This document shows positions 15,487-24,629 of a DNA stretch of 64,000 bases, in pieces. The notes beneath the pieces were generated by a model that was not told the origin of the DNA, did not search any database, and saw only the letters and a program-made list of their open reading frames with translations. A program made the position numbers and the translations under genes. The DNA comes from the human T2T-CHM13v2.0 reference genome, Homo sapiens, in NCBI RefSeq assembly GCF_009914755.1, contig NC_060933.1. One strand, 5' to 3'. Numbering within the stretch: position 1 is the first letter of the stretch; every line of letters begins with the position of its first letter.

Positions 15487-15652
15487 AGAAAAGACAGAAA
15501 GAAGGAAAAGAAAGAAGGCAGGAAGGAAGGCAAGGGGAAAGAAGGGGAAGGAAAGGAAGTGGAAGGGAAGGGGAAGGGAAGGGGAAGAGAAGGGGAAGAG
15601 AAGGGGAAGAGAAGGGGAGGAGAAGGGGAGGGGAAGGGGAGGGGAGGGGAAA
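15487..15652. repeat. Polypurine (GA-rich) low-complexity tract
   Basis: ~165 bp almost exclusively A/G (AAGG/GGGA units). Confidence 0.95.
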
Positions 15653-15866
15653 CATGTTGCTTTGGACAGAATAAATGGGTAAGGGTTTCTATTTTAATTA
15701 GATTAAGATTAATTAGATTAAACCTCTGAGGAAGTCTTACTTGAGCTGAGAAACTAAATATGAGAGGGAGGAGTACCACTGCATTGGTTATAGATGGGGT
15801 AGAAGTCTACAAAAGAGTTCATTGAGGAATAGAATAGTAAATAAGTGACTTAATAATGAGTTTGTT

Positions 15867-16188
15867 GCCGGGCGCAGTGGCTCAAGCGTGTAATCCCAGC
15901 ACTTTGGGAGGCCGAGGCGGGCGGATCACGAGGTCAGGGGATCAAGACCATCCTGGCTAACACGGTGAAACCCCGTCTCTACTAAACAAAATACAAAAAA
16001 TTAGCCGGGCATGGTGGCGGGAGCCTGCAGTCCCAGCTAGTCGGGAGGCTGAGGCAGGAGAATGGCGTGAACCCGGGAGGCGGAGGTTGAGTGAGCCAAG
16101 ATCGCGCCACTACACTCCAGCCTGGGCGATAGAGCGAGACTCTGTCTCCAAAAAAAAAAAAAAAAAATAATAATAATAATAATAATAA
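15867..16188 (+). mobile_element. Full-length AluY-like with (TAA)n tail
   Basis: CTAACACGGTGAAACCCCG, GAATGGCGTGAACCCGGG; TSD TAATGAGTTTGT. Confidence 0.95.
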
Positions 16189-19100
16189 TGAGTTTGTATT
16201 GTTCTTATTTTGCAAAAGAATGCAAGATCTGGGTAGAGAAAAGGCAAGAGGGAGGACTTCCCAGATTGAATCAATAATATTAACAGTATCAATCTGCCAC
16301 TAATAATTATTTAAGAAAAGTATTTTTCTGCTTTCAGTTTTATTTATTAAATAGTTTCTGCTAGCCTAATGTTAAAGTCTGCCAACTAGTTCCTTCAAGA
16401 TAATCACATTCACTTTTGATTCCCTCTTAACACATTAAGATATTTTATAACTCTGTGAGTTTAAAATCTGATGCAAATTCATTGTGGTCAGGCAAGATGC
16501 AAGACCAGTCAGGCAAATACACTTCCCTTATTTTTTATGGGTCTGAAATATCTTTTGTCTTGGGAGATGTATTATTATACAAAAGATCTATTTGGCAATT
16601 TATAGTTTGCTTTTTATCTATTCAATTGTTCCCTGGTATTCTTAGAACAGAAAAGCGAACCTTTTAAGAATAATAACATGCCAATTACCTTTAATTACTC
16701 TCTAGCTCTTTCAGTTAAACAAAAAAACCCTCTCATTTTAGGTTTAGTTTGTAACTGAATAGAACATTTTATATCTAAACCCTTAATGGAAAGGCTTTCC
16801 TATTTCCCACAATTTTCTTTTCTATTTAATGTATTCTCTAAATTTAACACATTATTTAAAATGCCATCCATATACCTGATCAACTTGAAAAGATGGAGAA
16901 ACACAGAAGTAAAGTTTGTTATCTTTTCACATTTTATTCTGTTTCCATTTTCATAATCAAATAAATGTAGACTGTAAAATACTTATTTACAAATCTGTCT
17001 GATTTATATAATAAACTCTGAGGAAACTGGAATGAAGTAGTGCTACAAGCAAGGGACAGAATAAAGTTTTGTGTATTAATTACCTGATTTATACTTTAGT
17101 CCCTTTAAGTAAAAGAACGTAACAAATAGAAGGATAGTTATTAATATATTTGGAGGAGAAAGAAAGATAAAATGAAAGATACAATGTTCTTAAAAACTGA
17201 GAGTTTTATCTTTTTTCAGAAGTCTAAAAAATATTTAAACATCTTCCTTTATGTTAGCGCATATTTATGTTATACATTTCATTTACAAGTAATTGTATGG
17301 TAAATAGTTACAAAAACAACAAGGAAAAGCTTTGAGTTAAGGAGCTCATGATTTTCAGTGTAAAATACATGTTATTTGAGTAATTTGGGAAACTGACAGA
17401 AGCTTTCTTGCAGTCAAGAATGCTGCTCAAAAATTAATTTTAAAATAAAAATAAAAGAAAAAAAATCCTGAAAGCTTATGTAGCAAAACAAGTATTGTAG
17501 TCCATTACAAAAATTAGCCTTTTCTGAAATCATGTTAAAAAGCAAAAAGATCTTAGAGCAGAATTTCATGTACAGTTCATTTTGGGACTGATCTTACTTC
17601 CTTGGTAGGTGGTCTTACTTCATCCTGTTGGAGCCCATCATGGAGAGCTGTTTTACAAATATTCTTAGCTCTACTACCCACATAAAAATTCAACCTATGA
17701 CTCCTGTTTCTGATAAAGTAGCTATTTAAATTCATTAAGAATGTTTCATCATTTTAGTATGCAAAATGCATTGTTAGATTATGTAAGTGACACATGCTAT
17801 CTTAAAAGTTAATAAATCTCCCAGAAGAAATTAGACTCAGATGCTATATTTATTATGGAGAATTAAGAAATACCTAAGGTTACTGTGATCATCACTTAGG
17901 AGTTTTGAATCAATTATATGAGAAACTAAAGAAGAAACTTTGACCGGAAAAAAAATGAACCAACAAGAAAAAAATTATATAAAGTCATTTTATTGGACAC
18001 AAATGCTAAAAATTAGAAAAACCATACATTTTACTCTATCAATCTGTTAGGAAAAACTATAGAATATGATAGTGATTGCATTGATTCTGCTTAGCAAATT
18101 AAATGCAAAACTAAGATATTCACCAAATATAAAATATAGTTATTTTCTAAGAAATAAAACTCACACAACTGCCATTTTTAGCAGAATGGTGGCAACTGCC
18201 ATTTTTAGCAGAAACCAAAACTATTTCCTGTTAACAAGAAGGAAAAACCATCAGTGAACACTCAAGTAATAATCAGGGGACTAGGATGAACTCTCAGTAA
18301 GAAACCACTGGAATATACCTGGACTAAATCTATTCTAACAAAATTAAGTATACCAACCGAATAGTTTTGTGTGTGCATTTGTTTTTACTATATACTTTTA
18401 TAATCTCAAAAGTACCTAAAAGGAGGCAAAACAAGAAAGGATTTGTCTACAGAAAGTAAAAATAAGAATGATTATAAAATATTGTTAAAGAAAAGACACT
18501 GCACAGAATAGTCATGGAGATTTCTGTACTAATCACCTTGATCATAATGAATAATCACTGAATTTCACTGGCCTATTTTCCTCCACAAGATTCTATGTTA
18601 GGTAAGCAACTTTGGGTAATTCAATAATAGGAAAGATGTTTCTTTTATAACATATCTGATTTGTACAACTAATTGAAATACATTTTATGCTATAAAATAA
18701 AAATGGTAACTCTTATTTACACAGCTATTTATTGTGAATTTGTATAAAGACAGCTCATCCTTAGAACATAATAGACTAGGATTCTTGGTAAAGTATATAT
18801 TGTATATCTGAAAAATGTAATAGTGACAATATTAAAGTGTTGCCACTTAGTGCTGTGTTACCTAAAGTGTGTGACGCTTTCTGTCAGTCTTATCACTGAC
18901 ATTTAAATTTCAGATATAGGTGAATTCAATATTGAAGTGAATAGAGCTACCGACATTTGCTTTCCTAATATTCATGGAAGTTGTTGTTGACCTCTCATAG
19001 ATAAATAAGCAAATAATATCTTCAAAAATATATCTAACTTGACTCAAATACTTCTAAGTATTTTGTCATTTGAAGGGATATGAGCAAGTTGAGAAGAAGA

Positions 19101-19399
19101 AATGTGGAGAGAGAAATATTCATGAAAACTAAATTTATAACATTCAACTATTGCTCAATTCTTAGAAATTTAATCACTACTTATATTTTAAAGCAAAATA
19201 TTTTTGAACTTATTTAGAAAAATATGACTTCATCTCTCATATGTCCATTCAAAGTTTTAAACAAAGTATAAAAGGAAATTAAACAGTGGAGGAAATGAGA
19301 AAGGTCATAGGCATTCAAGAGGTTTCAACAAATTTCTGGAGGAATGAAAGGTAATTGAAGGATGTGTTAAAATAATTTCTATTATTATCTTTATAGATT

Positions 19400-22250
19400 T
19401 AGTGTCCAGTAAACCTTTTATAAACAATCCAACTTGCTGTTTTGTGTTCTTGAACTTTATTTAAACTGAATTATATTGTACATATCCTTTTGTGACTTAA
19501 TCATACCACTGCATATTATGTTTGTGAGAGTAAGCCACATTAACATATCTAAATAAAGTTATCTATTTTTTTTCTAAAGTGTAGTATTCCACTGTATGAA
19601 TCTACCACATTCTACTGTTGTTTAACTTTTGCATTGCTTATAGTACTTAACTGAGCCTGTAAATATTTTGGATTACATTTCTTAATGGCAACCATGTACA
19701 TACAAAATAAGGAGTGAAAGCCAATTGCTGATTAGAATATATGGTCATCTTCAATATTACTGGGTAATACAAGCCTCTTTTTAAAACGGATATAATTTCC
19801 ATTTCCAGGAAAGCATATGAAATTATTATTGCTCTATATGTTTGCCAGAAGTCTGTCTTGTCAGACCGTTTTTGGTCAATCTCTTGTATAAGTAATAATG
19901 TACATATAAAACATTTTCATTTGCATTTTTGTGTTAAAAATAAGTTAAAGTGATTCTAAATATGTATGGTGGACACTTACATTGTACATTTTATAAAGCA
20001 CATGTGCAAGCCATTTTCTTTGTTTTACTGTCGGGTTTTCTGTAATTTTTGCCTGGCTTTATATTTAAATATTGATTGCCAAGGAATTGATTGTTAAATA
20101 TTATATAAGGTAAAGAATCACTTTAATTATTTTCCATATGTATAGCCAGTTTTCTCACTCTCATTTATTGGCAAATTTATTTTTCACCACTGATCTATAA
20201 TACTAGCTTTCTTACATATCATGGGTTCTTATATTTTCCTTACTGTAGTCTACCTATTCCATTTCATTGATTATTTATTACTTTGTTAATACCACATTGC
20301 ATTAATTCTTATATTTCCTGTAATATATTTTTCCTTCCTCAATAAATTATTAACTGAATTTTAATATTTTTAGAGTTTACATAAATTCTAGAATTAGCTT
20401 GTCAATATCTAAATCAAACCTTACTGGGTTTTACTTTGGATGCACTAGTTACAAAGATTAATTTTGGGGAGAAGTGATTTCATTAAAGTCTTTCAATTCA
20501 AGAATATATTTATGTCAATGTTATGTCTATGTTTATTTGAACTTTATTTAAACTGAGTTATACTGTACATATTCTTTTGTGACTTAATCATGCCACTAAA
20601 TATTATGTTTGTGAGAGTAAGCCACACTGACACATCTAAATAAAGTTCTCTACTTATTTGAAATGCATTTCAATATTGCATAATATATTTGTGTCAAAGC
20701 ATCTTGCTAAAAGCTCATATTCATTAGTATAATGTATCTTAGAATCATTTTGAATTTTCTGTGTACTTAGTGTCATCGGTAACATAGTAATCTGTTTTCT
20801 CTTTCATAATTCTTATTTTTTTAATATTTACAATCCTATCCCAGTGTCTAAGACCTGCAAAAGGATAAATAAAATTGCTTGTACCATCTATGTTTATTTT
20901 GTTCCCAATCACAAAGGAAATATTTGAACATTCCATTGTTAAGTGTTATAATTTCAATAGAACTTTTGAAAACAAATGTTATCAGTTAAACTAGATTCTC
21001 TTTTAATTTCGGGTTGTTAAAATGTATGACTTTTTAAGAAAATAAAATTAAATATGCTTATAATATTGTTAAGTTATTTGTTGTGGTGTATCATATTAAT
21101 TGATACCTTTACATGAGGCCATTATTGCTTCCCAGGGTTTCTTAGAATAAACATTGGCTGTGATGTCTTACATTTTAATGCATTGCTTATTTCTGCATGG
21201 AACTTTTTTAAGTTTTCCTTCAATATTTTCATAAATTACATTGGTGTTTAATTTACTTTCCCTTTACTATCCTTGTCAGGTTATAATATCAGAGTCATAA
21301 TAGCATAATAAAATAAAATAGAGTATGTTCTTTCCTGTTTCATGCTCAGAAAGAATTGTATGTAAGATTGGAATTATTGTTTTGTTTCATGTTTGAAACA
21401 ACTTGCCAGTAAAGTCATCATGGCTTGAAATTATCTTTATGATATGATTTCTGACTACTGATTACATGCATTTGTTGTAGCACAATTCAGATTTTTCTTT
21501 TCACTTTAGGTTACTTTTGGAAAAATGCATGTTTCAAGTAATTGTACACATTTTACATATATTTCCAAATTTATTGAATTAAACGTTTTCATACTACACT
21601 AATTTACCTTCTTGATATTTGTATTATTTATAACAAAACTCAATAAACTGTGGCAAATAAGCCAGACAGTATTTATAAATAAAGTATTACTGGAACACTG
21701 TCATGCTCATTCATTGACATACTGTCAATTTATGCCACAACAATAGAATTGATTAGTTGCAACAAACCATATAGCCCAAAAACCTAAAATAATTACCAAC
21801 AGATCCTTTCCAAAAAACAAAAAAAATTCTTGACACCTGATGTATAATTATTTCCTATTTTGATTCCTGAGATGGCATACTTGTTTCTTCTCTTAATTTT
21901 ATCAAGCCATTTCTCCAGAGTTTTGTTATTGTATGGCTCCTACAACAACTAACAAACTTTTGGCCATATTTCTTGACTTTTCTTTCCCTGTATTCTTAAT
22001 CACTATGCATGTATTTATTATTTCCTTTTATTTCTGTTGATATTTCTAACTTCTACCAATAAATTCAAAACATTTTAAAAATTAATTTGTTGTCCTCATA
22101 AAATAAGAATTTAAGGTTCTACATTTTCCTCTAAAATGACACATTTTATAATGTAGTATACATTTTTTAATTAAAAATATTTTATAATTTCCATTATGAT
22201 TTGCTCTTGGGTGTTGAGTTACTAAGAAGTATATTTCTGAGGTTTTTCTT
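19400..22250 (-). mobile_element. Old L1M-type LINE, antisense
   Basis: GTAGTATTCCACTGTATG, TTCTAGAATTAGCTTGTCAAT, TGTAAGATTGGAATTATT and TTTCCAAATTTATTG antisense L1 motifs; boundaries approximate. Confidence 0.6.
21632..21839 (+). mobile_element. MER58A-like DNA transposon
   Basis: TAAATAAAGTATTACTGGAACAC...ATGCTCATTCATT...TAGTTGCAACA...CCTAAAATA. Confidence 0.7.
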
Positions 22251-22938
22251 CAATATGACTGACTATAGATATTTGACTCTAGTTATTCTCAGAAAGAGAA
22301 AGCAAAGTTATGGATAAATAATCGTTAATTCCAATATCTATATAGACGGAAGTGTGCTAGAGCACCACAAGAAGAAATTTGAACACAGAAAAATAAGGAA
22401 GCAAGAACCCAGCAGACATTATACTCTGAGGGACTTGATGTTCCATGGAAAAGCACAGGTGGGGGTGTCTTTTGCTCTTCTCACCTCTGCGGCAGACTGC
22501 TTGTTTCTGAACTGTTGGAGAGCCCTCCATTCTCACAAGCCCAAGCACTGGTGTGGGCCGCAATCTTGGAACAAATTGAGGACAGAGAACAAGGCTACTA
22601 TTTCCTGCAGTGCCACTTGCCCTTCACCCAGCCCCAAGATGAGGTGGTGGGCACCATACTGGATATGCCTCTGTGGTGGACTTCTATACTGCCTTTGAGT
22701 GAGAGAGAGGCTTGCCCCATCCCCTTGCCGGCTTCCTTCTCCGTCCCTGCGTCGAGCTGTGGCTAGATTTCTCCATGAGGGCAGAGGGCAGGGCAAGAGG
22801 CGTGAGAAGCATCTTCTGGAAGGTCTGCGGGCACCCTCCTGCGGGTGGACAATGAGCGCCTGGGAGGCCGTTGTCCTTGGTTGGGGAGCGGTCGTCTGGA
22901 TCTAGCCTAGCAAAGAGGCTGCTCCGGATGGGGAGGGA

Positions 22939-23650
22939 ATGAAAACCCCTGCGGCTCCGACGCAGATGCCCACGTTGCCCAGGCCTTCACAGACCCCCAA
23001 GCCGGAACCGCCGGGAAAACGATTGCCAACCGGCCACAACACCCAGGCAGAGACGCGGGGAGAGGCTGACCAGAAGAAAGGCCGACGTGCAAGAAACCCA
23101 GCCTCCGGCGCACAGGGAACATGTGTCCCAAGGCGCACGCACACACAGACGGACAGAGACAGAAAGAGAGGGCGACGGAAAGAGCGAGAAGGGAGAGAGG
23201 GAGAGAGAGAGAGAGAGAGACTTAAGAGAGAGACGGTAGTGGGCACACAGACACGCACGCGCGCGCGCGCACACACACACGCAGACACACAGACACACAC
23301 ACACCCCCATAACGGACACAGACATACAGCAGGTAACACCCACCCCCAGGCAGCCCCTGAAGCTGCCGGGTTCTAGTCTCCGCGACTACGAGCCACCGGT
23401 GAGACAGCAGCCCACGGGCACACAGGGAGACCTGTCCTTGACATCACAAGGGCGCCACTTTTGGGGAGACTCACCCGCACACCGTCCGCGCACGCCTGAG
23501 GCTGGGATCCCGCGCTGCCTCCCCGGCGATCTGTCTGAGGTTTCTTCCTCCTGGGGTTTCTTCCTGCTGGTGGACCCTCCGCGAATCCCGGCCTCCGGAG
23601 ACCGTCCTGGTAACTGCCCTGGCCAGGGCTGGTCTCAGCCCCGACTCTGA
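22939..23650 (+). pseudogene. FAM27-like predicted-ORF region, broken into two frames; probably non-coding
   Basis: ORFs 22939-23376 and 23399-23650 resemble FAM27 family translations; the middle is just (GA)n/(CA)n microsatellite. Confidence 0.5.
23139..23305. repeat. Compound (GA)n/(CG)n/(CA)n microsatellite
   Basis: Direct reading; alternating purine-pyrimidine tract 23251-23283. Confidence 0.95.
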
Positions 23651-23744
23651 CGCACGATCACACAGGGCTCCTACTTCGCCAAGTCTCAGGGACCCATCCC
23701 CGGGCAACGGTGGCGGTCACTGTGACCAAAGCGGCGGCTCGGGC

Positions 23745-23835
23745 CTCGCGCATGCGCACTGGCGAGGCCGACTCACCCGCCCCACCCCCCTTACTCGGCA
23801 GAGTCAGGCTGCGGACCCTTTAAAAAATGGCGGCG
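23745..23835 (+). promoter_or_regulatory. CpG-island core promoter candidate (NRF1, GC-box, YY1 motifs)
   Basis: GCGCATGCGC at 23748-23757, CCCGCCCCACCCCCC at ~23776-23790, AAAATGGCGGC at ~23824-23834. Confidence 0.65.
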
Positions 23836-24629
23836 ACGCGGCGGCTGCGGGGACTGGTGCGGCGGTGCTGGAGGTTGCGGCGGCGGCTGCGGCGCAGCCC
23901 CGGGCGGCGGGTGGGAAGAGGACTACCAGAGGGGCCTGCGGGAGACCCAGGGTCGGACCCATAGGAGTCCTGTCGTCAGGACCTCCTTGATCGGTCTTCT
24001 GCTTGGGTTCTCGGTGAAGGAGGAGCTTCGGGGTGTTGGCTGGGCTGCGCGGACTCCTCTTGGGATCCGATGATGGATCCCACCCGGTGATCGGGAATGG
24101 GGTTACAATGCAGTGAGGCGGAAAGGCTCTCGCCGGGGCACAGAAAGATCCCCAGGGCCGCAAGGCGTGCTGTCGCCTGCAAAGGCACTGACCCACGAGC
24201 CCACTGCCTCCCTCCTTCCTGGGTGGAGCAGGGGCCTGCCTTCATCTCCAAGGCCCGGGGGCTCCGGCATCTCGACGCGGCTTCTGGCGACACGGGCAAA
24301 GAGAGACAGAGGCTAGTCCGAGCCGGAGCCAGTGTGACCACACGTGGCACTGACGTCCCCCAAGAGCACATGCAGTGAGCCTGTGTCTCTGAGGCCGTAG
24401 TGGGCGACGACGAGACGGACAGTGATGTCCAGGCCTGCGCCCGGGGGCCACTGGAGACCTGCCCCTCAAAGCGGAGGAAACGCCAAGCTCACCTGAAAAC
24501 CTGCGAGACAGGGCCTGTGCACGAGTCCAGTACTCCTACTTCGCCAAGTCTCAGGGACCCATCCCCGAGCAACGGTGGCGGCGCAGAGAAGAGCACGGCG
24601 CCGGCGCAGGTGCAGAGAGACAGGAGGCT

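Larger units (their letters stand above)
22700..24625. repeat. REP522-like pericentromeric/subtelomeric CpG-rich repeat (FAM27-type sequence), CpG island
   Basis: Abrupt GC/CpG rise; translations (TQAET...; QQPTGTQGDLS...; WGFFLLVDP) resemble recalled FAM27D1/E-family predicted proteins; boundaries approximate. Confidence 0.65.
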
